Shown piece after piece: positions 1-13,057 of a DNA stretch of 64,000 nucleotides; the stretch's first letter is position 1; every line of letters starts with the position of its first letter. The DNA is from Eledone cirrhosa. Taxonomy: Eukaryota. The position numbers and the translations under genes were made by a program. The notes below the pieces were generated by a model. The model made no database searches, was not told the origin of the DNA, and was given only the letters and a program-made list of their open reading frames with translations. Location: positions 34,224,001 to 34,288,000 of the forward strand of contig OZ024754.1 of the NCBI GenBank assembly GCA_964016885.1, given 5' to 3'.

Positions 1-895
1 ATGTATATATATGTATATGTATGAATATATATATATATGTATGTATATGTATGAATATATATATATATGTATGTATATGTATGAATATATATATATATGT
101 ATGTATATGTATGAATATATATATATATGTATGTATATGTATGAATATATATATATATGTATGTATATGTATGTATATGTATGAATATATATATATGTAT
201 GTATATGTATGTATGAATATATATATATGAATGTATGTATATGTATGAATATATATATGTATATGAATGTATGTATATGTATGAAAATATGTATGTATAT
301 GTATGTATATATGTATGAATATATATATATGTATGTATATATGTATGAATATATATATATGTATGTATATATGTATGTATATGTATGAATATATATATAT
401 GTATGTATATGTATGAATATATATATATGTATGAATATATATATATGTATGTATATGTATGAATATATATATATGTATGTATATGTATGAATGTATGTAT
501 ATGTATGAATGTATGTATATGTATGAATATATATATATGTATATATATGTATGTATATGTGTATATATGTATGTATATGTGTATATATGTATGTATATGT
601 GTATATATGTATGTATATGTGTATATGTGTATGTATATGTGTATATATGTATGTATATGTGTATATATATATGTATGTATGTATGTGTATGTATATATAT
701 ATATGTATGTATATATGTGTGTGTGTATGTATATATGTGTGTATGTATGTATATATGTATGTATATATGTGTGTATGTATGTATATATGTGTGTATGTAT
801 GTATATATATATGTGTGTATGTATGTATATATATATGTGTGTATGTATATATAAATGTATATATGTATGTATGTATATATATATGTATGTATGTA

Positions 896-928
<33 letters not shown>

Positions 929-952
929 ATGTGTGTGTATATATATATATAT
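1..952. repeat. Compound TA/TATG/TG microsatellite with ~30-bp higher-order periodicity at the start
   Basis: Continuous ATGT/AT/GT repeats; the unit atgaatatatatatatatgtatgtatatgt recurs from position 21. All ORFs here are Y/I/M/C/V repeats. Confidence 0.97.
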
Positions 953-1184
953 TGTTTTTTTTTTATTATTACAGAAGTAAGAGAAAATCATTTCAACTGA
1001 GTACAAAATAGTAGAGACTGTATATTGGTTTGACATTATTTATACTTAAAAAAATTATTATCATCTTTCATTTCCAGGAGCTGCTCGGACTGGATATTTT
1101 GTTAATTTACAAAGATAAGCCACTCCTCAGAATGAAAGATGATTATTTTGTAAGGATAACTTATGTCATATATACATATAAACA

Positions 1185-1291
1185 TGAGAAAACTCATAGC
1201 TAGAACAGTCGTTAAAACAGCTAAATGCTGCCACACTGTCTTTGACAGCATTTAGCTGTTTTAATGGCTGTTCTAGCTCTGAGTTTTCTCA
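1185..1291. repeat. Long inverted repeat (fold-back), ~45-bp arms
   Basis: tgagaaaactcatagctagaacagtcgttaaaacagctaaatgctg ... cagcatttagctgttttaatggctgttctagctctgagttttctca, with few mismatches and a ~15-nt loop. Confidence 0.9.
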
Positions 1292-2198
1292 ATTCTATGT
1301 GTATTCAAATACACTCTTGCTTCGTCTCGATCAGAGACACCATTGTATTTTTATGTCGTATATTCACATGAATTGGTCAAATAGTGATACTATTAGTTTC
1401 ACTTAGACTTCAGTGGGTGTATGGCAATGCATTATTACTGAAATACAATCAAACATTGCATTACAACCACTGAACCTAAAATTATTTGGTCAGCCCAAGA
1501 TTCATCATCAAACTACTGTAGAAATTCCATGCAAATATTAAATATTTGTTTCTATTTTCATAATATTGAGTGCTCTATCTTATGTCATAGACGACACTTT
1601 AACAAATAATTATATATATATAGATATAGATGGCGGTGCCCCAGCATGTCCTCAGCTTGTTGGCTACAACACATAATAGAATCATATATAGAGAGATTTT
1701 CTTACGCCCTTGAAAAGGCTAGCTAAACACAAGCCTAAACCGCTTGGCACCACAGTCGGGATTATGCCTATCTCTATATATATATATATATATAATATAT
1801 CCCTGGCCTTTTTCTTCAGAGGTTACTCGCTGCTTCAATTCCTTACTTAAATTATATTTACCCTCTGGATTAACATATTATTTAACTCTTCTCATCTCTT
1901 AATAATGTAGAGGGTGGTGGGGAGGTACTCACAATGACTTATCATTTGTCTCCCCTTTACTTCTGTATATCTCTCATACCTTTTTGAGGAGTGGGAGAAG
2001 GAGAGGAAGACATGGACATCCCAATGTATTTAGTCTGTCACTCTAAAGTTGAGTGATGGTGAATGATGATGGTAAAAGTAGTGGTGATGATGGATCAAGG
2101 AGAGGGAAGAAGACGAATCATTCCACTAACCCCTACAAAATTTAAAAACGGAAACTTGTATTCCTTCAGTGATAAAAATAAATTAAGTTCAAAGAAAG

Positions 2199-2397
2199 TA
2201 CTGTATATACTCAAATATAAGCCAAGAAACATATGACCAAAAATAATCTATGGTAAAATGGCGGGGAGAAGCTTATATACGCCGTCTGAACAATGTGTTG
2301 ATTAGCTGCCTCGGCTTATAAATGGGGTTTGGATTTTTGTCCATTTCTCAGACATAAATGTGGGAGGGGTTTGACTTATATTTGAATATATATAGTA
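2199..2397. mobile_element. Tc1/mariner-superfamily (pogo/Tigger-like) MITE
   Basis: Terminal inverted repeats tactgtatatactcaaatataag ... cttatatttgaatatatatagta with TA ends; an inverted copy lies at ~7389-7594. Confidence 0.65.
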
Positions 2398-3386
2398 AAT
2401 ATTTGACAATGTTTTGTGTGTGTTATTATCTGAGTATATGTATGTTTGTGAATTATCTTTTCCAATCTCTTCATTCAATGGTGTTAGATAAAAACAAGTA
2501 CATTTGTATTATTTATCAACCAAATTCTTTCGTTCTGAAGAGTCTAGTCATTCCTCTACATTTGATTCCATAAGTGTTATTTTTTTTATTGTTATATTTT
2601 TATTTTTTGCAGCCAGTGTTTCTATGAATAAAACAAAAGCTGGATACTGCTTTCACCTATGTATTAGACAAGCAAGCCTATACTGATACTAGTGTTTTGT
2701 ATCTTTATTGTGTTGTTTAAAGTATTTGTCAATTGTTTGTATATCTCTGATAATAAGCATGTGTGTGTGTGTGTGTGTATTTATATATATGTGTGTGTGT
2801 ATTAGTGTGGAAAAATGGATGTTAAACAGTGATGATGATAAGACAAACACCAAGATGCAAAAACAAAGTCTTATTAGTATCACACTTCGGATGAAGTAGA
2901 AGAGGAGTTGACATAAGTCCTTCTTTGGAGAGAGAGAGAAAAGGTTGGAATATATATATATAATGAATGTGTTAATGAAAATAAATGGTGCAAATGTCTA
3001 GTTGGCCATCAACTAAGCTTACCAAGTTGATGACAGACGATGCATTGCTTTTCACTGGATCATATTGGCAAGATTGAGCAGGATTGTAATACCTGTGAAA
3101 AACAGGATCTTCATAACAACTAGACAACACTTTGTTTGTTTGTTTGGAGGCCTCATGCCTTTGCTTAATTGCATTGATAGTGTCACATATATATATATAT
3201 ATATATATATATGTGTCAGAATACAATGTGCAACCGCTCCATTACAAATATACATTTTGTTTGCACTCTGAGAATGGTTGACTCGCCTATACGTTCAAAC
3301 TATTTCTTATTGAGTAATTTGAGAACAGCCGGACTATAGAAAATATTTTTCCTATTGTCTCGGTAACTATAAAATATATATATATA

Positions 3387-3434
<48 letters not shown>

Positions 3435-3525
3435 GGCAGAGTGTATATAATAGAAAAAATTAGGAAGTTTTGTTTACATATGAAAAATATTTATTGCGTA
3501 TCGACCTACATTATATATATGTATA

Positions 3526-3594
<69 letters not shown>

Positions 3595-3607
3595 GCACAT
3601 GCAAACA

Positions 3608-3790
3608 GTGAAGGCATGTGACCTAATAGTTAGGGAGTTGGACTCGTGATCATAAGGCTGTGGGTTTGATTCCAGGAGTGGGTGTTGTGTTCTTGAGCAA
3701 AATAATTCATTCCATGTTGCTGCTGCTACCAGGAATTGCAACTGGCTGATAGTATCAACAATGGAAATGTTGTTTCCTTAGCCCAATCTG
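3608..3790 (+). mobile_element. tRNA-derived SINE (family 2)
   Basis: tRNA-like head (ggcatgtgacctaatagttaggg ... gggtttgattcc) followed by a gtgttcttgagcaa core, shared with many copies in the window. Confidence 0.7.
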
Positions 3791-3824
3791 ATTATTGGCA
3801 CCTTTCCTTGTATATATATATATA

Positions 3825-3871
<47 letters not shown>

Positions 3872-5029
3872 TTACACCTATTTTCTATTGTTTGCATGGG
3901 TCAGACTATGTATGTATATATGTGCATCTATATGTTTGTGTGTGTATGTGTATTCATGTATACATATGTGCATAATCATACAAGCACACGTTTTATTATT
4001 GTTGTTGTTAAGTGTTGAATAACAACGAACATTTATGGATGAAAGGACTCAATACTGGGTGTAGTGTCAAATTTGTTATAGACTGGGAGTTGCCTATGAA
4101 CTTAGGTTTTGCCTGTCTTAAAGCTTGTTCAAATTGTATATATATATATATATATATACACATATATAGACACTCACACAAGATGATTTATAATTCTCTT
4201 ACAAAATAGCTAAGATATTTCAGCACAGTGAGTGTTCACAAAAACTTTTCAGAAAAGTAATTTGCTTTGCTGAAACATCATAGCCATGTTGTAAGTAAAT
4301 GAATAAATAAACATATATTTACTCTATTAGAAATATTGAGTTATTCCCCCTTTGTGGGCTACTATGTTCACCAAAATCAGAACCCTATAATTATATATAA
4401 TGCTAGCATGGAGAAATGGACATTAAACAGTGATGATGATGATGATATATATATAGAGAGAGAGAGTATAATAAAAAAAATACAAAGACCAAAATCAATA
4501 AAACCAATAAAGATTGTATATATATATATATAAACCTGAAGAGCAAATATTTATTAGTACAGATGTACTAATGATATATATATATTATATACACATAGAA
4601 ATGTATGTATATATAAATATATATATGTGTGTGTGACTTTGAAGACACCATAGTGCTCAAGTTTAATCTTGTTAAAGATTTATCATTTCTGCATTAGTCC
4701 TATTAAAGGTTTTCAATGAGAAGTTTCTTCAATATAACATGTTTAAAACTAAAATTGTTCTATTCATATGTATGTGTATGGACAAGGGTTGGCTGATTAT
4801 GAAGGATTAATGCTAGATCTGAAATCTTGCATTAATTTAAACTCTTATTAATAACTGCATTGTTTCTTTGTAAGGACTATGTTGAAAAATAAACCACATT
4901 TCATCATTCAATGAGAGTGGCTTCATCAGCCTATGAACTTTTCAGCTGACCCTCGTATGTATGTATGTGTATGCATTAGCCAAAAATTGAGCAGTCCACT
5001 TAGATTCTTGTGTGTGTGTGTGAAACATT

Positions 5030-5265
5030 GCAAAGTTCCATTGTCCAGCAAAAGATTGACAATGCTGCTACTCTCTTGCTCATCTTGAGCTGTGTAAACT
5101 TCTCCCTGACCAGGTGACAGTAAGCAGACTTGAGTACATGTCTCTGCAGCAGTGATGTCCATCTGGTCTAAAAATGGAGCATGTCTGCAACATCTTTGGG
5201 TCTCATGTTGGACTTTACACTCATGTGTATGGCCATCCTTGGCTACCATGAAAAGGAACATCGTC
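5030..5265 (-). mobile_element. Possible degraded RTE reverse-transcriptase fragment
   Basis: Minus-strand DGHTHECKVQHETQRCCRHAPFL...IVNLLLDN loosely resembles the RT GVxQGCxLAP and LLFADD segments. Confidence 0.3.
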
Positions 5266-5624
5266 AAATTCGAAAGGCTACAAAGAAGAAAGTATTGTTT
5301 AAGTTTTGAGTTCATGGTTAGATTGATGATGATGATGATGATGATGATCTCTGAATTTAATTTTTGAGTATATTTTTGCACTTGTTTGGATTTCATATTG
5401 TTGTGTTATTTGATTTTTTTTCTCTCTCTCTTCCAAATCTTTGTCATATTCTCAGATAATAACTGTATTATGGGCCGCTGTAATTTTCTGTGAATAAATC
5501 TGTTGTTTTAGAAAATCTAACAAACATCATTCTAGTGAATTTCATATGACAAATATTTCTTTGCACAAAATCAGGAGATGGAGATATTGTTGATTAATTT
5601 GACTTCAGTATATTGTTAAAATAT

Positions 5625-5790
5625 GCAGCAAATTGGCAGAATCATTAGAATCTTGAATAGAATGCATTGCAGTTTTTGCACCTGTGTTCTGAGTTCAAAT
5701 CATGCCTAAGTTAACTTTGCCTTTCATTTATTCAAGATTGACCTCAGAGCATAGAGATCCAGAATGGTACCAGTTAAACACTGAGGTTGA
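5625..5790 (+). mobile_element. tRNA-derived SINE (family 1)
   Basis: ttggcagaatcattag ... ctgagttcaaatc ... gttaactttgcctttcat core. Confidence 0.7.
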
Positions 5791-6507
5791 TTCTCCCTCT
5801 AAAAAATATTAGCTGTATTCAAACACAGCCAATATATTTCATGTTACTCCAGTCCTCCTAGATTAAAATTGATGCCAGCAGCAGCTGGGGTTAACTTTGT
5901 GATGGATTAGCATCCTATTTTGTACTCTGAATCACTTAACACCACATGAAAACGGGATTAAGACTGGTCTTGGTGATGAAGACTAGGAAAATAAAGAGAA
6001 AAGAAGTGTATTATGGTGTGCTATGAAATAAAGTTGACTAACATTTAAAATATACCCCCATATTAGAGTAGAAACATTTCTTCTTGTACAATGGACTTCA
6101 CCTCAAATGTTCATCTCTACTTAATTCTCTGACACACTTGTATCCACCTTATGTCTTAATTACCTATTTCATTCATAATTAATTTGAAACTCTCTAACAT
6201 AACAATTCTAATGATTCTTATTCAGCATTAACTCTTTTGTTACAATATTTCAAATGAAATATGGCAACAATGTGTTTTTAATCTTGAAAATAAATATTTT
6301 GAGAAATTTAGCTGAATGACATCTTTGCCCTCTGGGAGGGTGATGGGGACAATGTCCTCAAATACTCATTCCAGCAGGTCTTGTCAAAAGCAACTGTCTC
6401 CAGTTGATCACCAAGAGAGACTAACTGAGCTTATGGATGTTATCCAACCATCTTGCTCAGGGTCTACCCCTGGGTCTTCTACTCGTAAAATCTTTATTGT
6501 GATTCTT

Positions 6508-6841
6508 TCATCATCATCATCATCATCATTTTACGTTCGCTTCTCCCTGCTTGCAAGGGTGGGACGGGAACTGATTCTGGCTTGATTTCTACAGCTGGAT
6601 GCCCTTCCTAACACCAACCTCATTTACAGTGAGTGCTGGGTGCTTTTTTGCCGTGGCACCTCCACGACCACTTTGCAGTGGAATGAGAGGGACCCCAGTC
6701 ATTTCTACAGCTGAGTAAACTGGAGCAATGTGAAATAAAGTGTCTTGTTCAAGGAAACAACACATCACCCGGTCTGAGAATTGAACTCACAACCTTTCGA
6801 TTGCAAGCCCAATGCTCTAACCACTAAGCCATGTGCCTCCA
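6508..6841 (-). mobile_element. Composite SINE: family-2 tRNA head with an RTE-type tail ending in (GAT)n
   Basis: Nearly identical to 41925-42262 (inverted) and 42403-42638. Reverse-strand head ggaggcacatggcttagtggttagagc ... gagttcaattc contains A-box and B-box-like motifs. Confidence 0.85.
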
Positions 6842-7388
6842 TTTCCTTAAATATTATAACCACATGCCTGTAGTATCGGAGCTGTGATCTTACAATTCAG
6901 AGAATTTGCTCCTCTACCTGGTTCAACTTTCTGATCTCTCAGCACGCACTCTTTAGAGGAACTCCATTTCGACTGTTTGTATTTGCAATCATATTCTAAA
7001 TAATATACATTTCATTATTAAGCCGAGGTTTATTTTTCAACATAATCCCTGGAAAGAAACAATGCAGTTATTAATAAGACTTGAAATTAATGCATAAAGG
7101 TTTCCCAGCATCAATCCTTCATAATCAGCCTTTGAACTTTTCAATCCCTTATATTTTCAATAATTTCAATAACATAATTACAATAGAAAAGCCAAGAGAA
7201 CTGAAGCAATATTTTCTTATGGACAATTGTATGTAACTCTTTCTAAAGTACATTCACTTCTTAACATAAAGATAAAAATAATACACAACCCTTAAGGTAC
7301 AAGAATAGATAAATGTATAAACCCCCAAAATAGTTTTCAAAAATATTCTCTTCAAACCTTTTAGAAAAAATACAATTTCAAAAGAAAT

Positions 7389-7594
7389 TACTGTATACAC
7401 TCAAATATAAGCTGGTCTGAATATAATCCGACCTTCGATTTCATGTCTGAAAATTCAAACCTCATTTATAAGTCAAGGAGGCAACTAATCAACACATTGT
7501 TTAGATGGTGAATATAATCTGATCTCTCACTTTACCATCAATTCTTTTTTGGTTACATATTTCTCGGCTTCTATTCAAGTATATATTTCATGGT
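7389..7594. mobile_element. pogo/Tigger-like MITE, inverted copy of 2199-2397
   Basis: Same terminus tactgtatacactcaaatataag; internal ggcaactaatcaacacattgtttagatgg is the reverse complement of ~2282-2310. Confidence 0.65.
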
Positions 7595-7599
7595 TTTCT

Positions 7600-8110
7600 G
7601 TAAACCTTGAACTTATACTCTGTATGACATCTAGCAATGTGAACATAGGTCAAACTGTTAAAATAAATACTCTCAACTTCCACATTACATGGTGATTGCT
7701 CGTCTTTAATTTGTAACCACACAACTTTCTCTATAACCTGCCTAACTTTCAAAGAAACCACCTTGTAATCTATTAACTTAGTTTATGTCTTGATTCCATC
7801 ATAAAGAAAGACTGTTTTACACAGCATCTAAAAGGCAGCTTGTGCAGAAGGAATATAGCTTGCAATTTCATCAAACAGTGGCATCCTTATTGTAGATGCT
7901 TCCCAGATACAGACATGGTTAATGTTGTTGTACATCTGTATTTGAAAAGATACTATCAGCCAGTTGCAATTCCTGGTAGCAGCAGCAACATGGAATAAAT
8001 TATTTTGGCAGAGTCTGTACCAAGACCTTCAATTTTAGAATATCAAATATGCCTGAAGTAGCCTGCAGACCTTCAGGACTGTTCTCTGATAATGATATCA
8101 GCATATTGAA
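7600..8110 (-). mobile_element. RTE-clade LINE RT fragment (degraded)
   Basis: Minus-strand YLGSIYNKDAT..DEIASYIPSAQAAF matches the RTE/BovB YLGS...DEIxxRIxKASAAF motif; interrupted by frameshifts and stops. Confidence 0.7.
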
Positions 8111-8489
8111 TCCTAGAAAAAAAAAAAACGTATTGGTTCTCTCAGTTGTTTTAAGTCTCAATAGGTTATAACACACTCCCATTGCAATGATACTGGGTGG
8201 ATATTCCAGTTGGGATTGGTATTGATAGCAGAATAGCTGCAAGGGTATAGCATGAACACTTAAGGAATAAAAACATCACTCTGTTTAACACCCCTTCTGA
8301 TTGGAAAGTATTGAGCAAGGCCCCCTCCCCACCTGTTCAGTTATATCTTCCCCATACATAGCATGGTCCTGTAACTCCTGGGGTTGTCATAGGGGGGGGG
8401 CATATTGATATACAGCATTTCTAGAACATTTTAAAATCTGCTGGAGCTCATCTTCTCTCCAGGTCAGAATACAGCAGATTTCTTCCAGT

Positions 8490-9429
8490 GAAGGATAGAG
8501 TGAGAAAGAGATAGAGAGTGAGACAGAGATAGAGATGAAGGATAGAGAGTGAGAAAGAGAGAGAGATGAAGGATAGAGAGTGAGACAGAGATAGAGATGA
8601 AGGATAGAGAGTGAGAAAGAGATAGAGATGAAGGATAGAGAGTGAGAAAGAGATAGAGATGAAGGATAGAGAGTGAGACAGAGATAGAGATGAAGGATAG
8701 AGAGGGAGACAGAGATATAGATGAAGGATAGAGAGGGAGACAGAGATATAGATGAAGGATAGAGAGGGAGACAGAGATATAGATGAAGGATAGAGAGGGA
8801 GACAGAGATATAGATGAAGGATAGAGAGGGAGACAGAGATATAGATGAAGGATAGAGAGATATAGATGAAGGATAGAGAGTGAGACAGAGATATAGATGA
8901 AGGATAGAGAGTGAGACAGAGATATAGATGAAGGATAGAGAGTGAGACAGAGATATAGATGAAGGATAGAGAGTGAGACAGAGATATAGATGAAGGATAG
9001 AGAGTGAGACAGAGATATAGATGAAGGATAGAGAGTGAGAAAGAGATATAGATGAAGGATAGAGAGTGAGACAGAGATATAGATGAAGGATAGAGAGTGA
9101 GAAAGAGATATAGATGAAGGATAGAGAGTGAGACAGAGATATAGATGAAGGATAGAGAGTGAGAAAGAGATATAGATGAAGGATAGAGAGTGAGACAGAG
9201 ATATAGATGAAGGATAGAGAGTGAGACAGAGATATAGATGAAGGATAGAGAGTGAGACAGAGATATAGATGAAGGATAGAGAGTGAGACAGAGATATAGA
9301 TGAAGGATAGAGAGTGAGAAAGAGATATAGATGAAGGATAGAGAGTGAGAAAGAGATATAGATGAAGGATAGAGAGTGAGAAAGAGATAGAGATGAAGGA
9401 TAGAGAGTGAGACAGAGATAGAGATGAAG
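8490..9429. repeat. 31-bp GA-rich minisatellite (~30 copies)
   Basis: Unit gatgaaggatagagagtgagacagagatata; the 31-aa period of the ORF track (3 units = 93 nt) confirms the unit length. Confidence 0.97.
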
Positions 9430-9589
9430 AATCAACCCCAGTACTTGACTGATACTTTTTTTTATTGACCTGGAATGAATGAAAGGCAAAGTTGACTTCA
9501 GTGGGATTTGAACTCAAGAGAGCAGAGAGCCAAAACGAATACTGCAAAGTATCCTATCCAACATTCTAACAACTCTGCCAATTTGTCAC

Positions 9590-9925
9590 CCTCATCTTCA
9601 TGAAGAACCAAGACAATTCGTAAGAACCAAGGTGAGAATCTGAAGGATTCCAGAATCATCCATGACACTGAATTGAAAGTTTTGACCAGATCATAGAAAA
9701 TTGTGTATGAAGAAACATGTTGTTCAAGACACTCTTGTGAATCTGCCATCATAAAAAAAACATATCAGCTATTCCATGACCAGATCCAATCTTACATTAT
9801 CTATCCAGAACAATTTTTTCTGCAATGGGAATCAGTTTAACATGAAATTTTGCGAGAAAATTTCCCATCAATGCAGTCATGAGAATTTAGACGAAATGCA
9901 TGTATAGCAGGAGTTGTACAGCATT
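9590..9925 (-). mobile_element. RTE-clade LINE RT fragment
   Basis: QECLEQHVSSYTIFYDLVKTFNSVSWMILESF...IVLVLHE matches RTE RT QEKCREQ...FIDLTKAFDTVSR...LWKIL. Confidence 0.75.
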
Positions 9926-10427
9926 AATCAGTGATGAAAATGGGTCTAGGAATCAGGGTGCTCATTAAGGTCCATGGGGTTGAAGCTGGAAAGGATGAAA
10001 GGAGAGAATAAAGGGGGGGAATGCTATAAGTATCTTTCTCCCCCATTCCCTTGCTGGTGAGAAACTGAAAAAGGCCCATAGTTCCCTTTATGCACCCTCT
10101 CCTCCCCAGTTCCATCACTGGTAGTAAACAAAGAAAGACAGACAAAACAAGTCAAATGAAAAGTTGGCTTTTATTCAAATAACTGGATGTATGTTTTAAA
10201 GCCAGAAAGATAATTCATATTATCCAGAGACATACTTCAAAGTGTGGCAGTGTTTGAAGATTTCTTCAATTAAAAATAGCTTAACTGCTTCAACATCTTT
10301 TAATAAAGATTATAATTATTATTATTATAATTATTATCATCATCATCATAAACATTAAGTCCTGCTCTCTGTTATCTGTAATGTCACTCATTACCTGGTT
10401 GAAACTTTACAAATAATAAAGAGCTGA

Positions 10428-10464
<37 letters not shown>

Positions 10465-11049
10465 CTCACGACATTATATATCTGTGCCTCATAATTCTGA
10501 GTTCAAATACTGCAGCAGTTGGGGCTTTATATTTCATCTCTCTGGTACAGTAAAATACCAACATTTTCAATGGTAATGAATCAATAGGCTAGAATATCTC
10601 TTTCTCCCTACAAAAAAGGAACTTGTGCTGAATAATAATGGTTTCTGATTTAGGCACAAGGCCAGCAATTTTTGGTGGGAGGAGAAAGTCAATTAAATCA
10701 ACCCCAGTGTGATACTGGCACTTTATTTTATCGACCCCGAATGATAATAATAATAATAATAATAATAATTTGAGTCTTTTTTCCATTCCAAGTAACATTC
10801 TTGTTTTCTCAATCGAAAATGTTGAAAGAATTTTTTTTTAATAAATGTAAAAATGAAAAAAAAAAAAGGAAGAAAAGAAAATATCTTTGTTAAATAAATA
10901 ATATAATTTCTGTTTCTTACTTTTATAACATGATGCATGAATACACATACATACATAAACACTTATGCACACAATTATAGACACACATGCATATATATAT
11001 ATATATATATATATACATACATGATGATGATGATTGCTATATCTTGTCA

Positions 11050-11405
11050 GAAGATAGCTGTCTCATTGTTTATTTGGTTCAGTCAATCTTTGTTTACCAT
11101 CCTAGTCTCTTGTGCTTGGAGATGACTCTTAAGACCTGCTGAGGATTTTACATGTTCTCGAGCAAATGTGATACACAGAACTCAACATCTTCACAGGATT
11201 GATTGCTACTGTGAGCAATATCTTTGCAGCTCAGCTTCGAAAATAAGCATTTTGCTGCACACTGCACAAGTAGCATTTTACAGATGTGGAGATTAGATAC
11301 CCTGTAGATTGTCTCTGTATGTGTGCGACTTAATATGATTAGCATGGCTTGCTTTTAAAAGAACAGCACATCCACAGATGTCACACTTCTACCTCTTCAG
11401 ATTAA
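11050..11405 (-). mobile_element. RTE LINE ORF2 C-terminal fragment
   Basis: After frameshift repair it reads NLKR..CDI and xHICSRTCKSSAGLKSHL, resembling the C-terminal zinc finger of BovB-type RTEs. Confidence 0.6.
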
Positions 11406-11458
11406 CATACATACACATATATACACACACACAATCATATATGTACATTATATATATA

Positions 11459-11501
<43 letters not shown>

Positions 11502-12787
11502 TACACACATACAATAACAAACAAATACAAAAATATATACACACACACACACACAATTTGGGCAGAAGTTGTGAGTAAAACAGGAAATTTACACCGTAAA
11601 ATCTAAATTTTAATATATATATATATACACACATATATATATATAAACTCGATTATTTTTTATTAACATACATTGAGCACTCCTTTAAATTTGGTCTCCC
11701 CTTTTTCATTTATTATTAAGAACATGTGAAATACACACACACACATCTCTCTCTTTATATATATATATATATACATACACACATACACACACACACATAT
11801 ATCTCTCTCTATGTATATATATATATACATACACACATACACACACAGACATATATATATATATATATACATATATAAACAAAAGACAACAGTATCATAG
11901 TCATACACACATATTTTGTCAATGGAAGAATTGGACAGGATTGCACAAACCAATCAAATCTTAGTAAGAAATCTCAAAGTAAACTTTATTTTATTTTATT
12001 TTTTGAGATGGAGCCTTGCTTGAGGGATATTTTTGTTTGTTTGTGACATAGGAGGTTCAATTGAGAGTAACAGAGAAGATTTACTTGGAGTTGATGGAGG
12101 GAACATACACAGAGGAGAGAATACAAGATTTAAAAAGTTGTTAACACTGTAAAGGACACATCCAACCATAGAAAAAAATCTACTGTTTAACCAAAACTAG
12201 TGGTTAAACTAATGGCAATAATAATGAAATTTAAATAACAAAGAGGAAAGGAAAGGAGCCAGCTGATTGTCAGATCAGACCAAGGGAACAATGACACTGT
12301 GCAGGGGTCACAACTCCTGACAGAAGGAGCAATGCAAAAGAAAGTATTTTGTCCAAGAACACAACGTGGCAGCGCTGTGTGGTCCAGGAATCAAACTCAT
12401 GACCTTATGATAACCATTAGACTGACAAAACATCTTTACTGACAAAACAAAAATATCAGATGGATATAAAGTCAAAACACACACACACACACACACATTA
12501 TATATATACATATATATACATATATATATACATATATATATATAATTTACAATAAAATTTCCTTTTATAATTTTGGGGGATAAAAATTAGTAGCAAGGAG
12601 AAAAAATAAGTATCAAAATAATTTTATTTTAATTTAAGGAGTATTTCAGTGAAATAATGTATTTGTTGTGTGAACAACAGCAAAAACAACAAAGACAATG
12701 ACATTTAGAATGTTTGATAAGGTAATTGTCAAATATGTCTTTCACACACTCCATCTGGAGTTATTTAAATAAATATAATAGTTTTAA

Positions 12788-13057
12788 CCTTTCCGTTACC
12801 ATATTTCTAATGGAAAACATTTCTTATATTTCACTTAATGTTGAAAATAATCAAGACTTTGGAGGAAATTAGTAAAATAATTTTTTACTATTAAACTAAT
12901 ATTTGGGGCATTACTTAATAAAAAAGATTTACATGAAATTATGATGAAAAGTTTTAATATAATGATGAACACTTTAAAAGCAGTATTGTCTCATAAAACT
13001 GGGATGGTGGTGGGGGAGGAGGGGGGGGGGGGGTCAGGCAGTTTAGTACCAAAATGG
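12788..13057 (+). mobile_element. piggyBac-type MITE family B
   Basis: TTAA flanks, cctttccgttaccatatttct ... gtaccaaaatgg; homologous to other family B copies. Confidence 0.75.

Noticed and set aside
21-1011. Long Y/I/M/C/V-rich ORFs (also 40977-41591, 42621-42969, 47123-47694, 55680-56662)
   Set aside because: They are translations of micro- and minisatellites.
975-1150. Plus-strand acceptor-like sites at 974 and 1078 suggesting exons
   Set aside because: All three frames after 975 stop quickly, the implied intron is only ~50 nt, and there is no recognisable homology.
6917-6995. Splice-bounded minus-strand segment EYDCKYKQSKWSSSKECVLRDQKVEP
   Set aside because: Its phase does not fit the neighbouring candidate exons and it shows no homology.
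8387-9547. 386-aa and 341-aa ORFs
   Set aside because: Stop-free reading of a 31-bp pyrimidine-rich minisatellite.
11148-11345. Exon-like Cys-rich ORF
   Set aside because: Better explained as the frameshifted C-terminus of an RTE ORF2.
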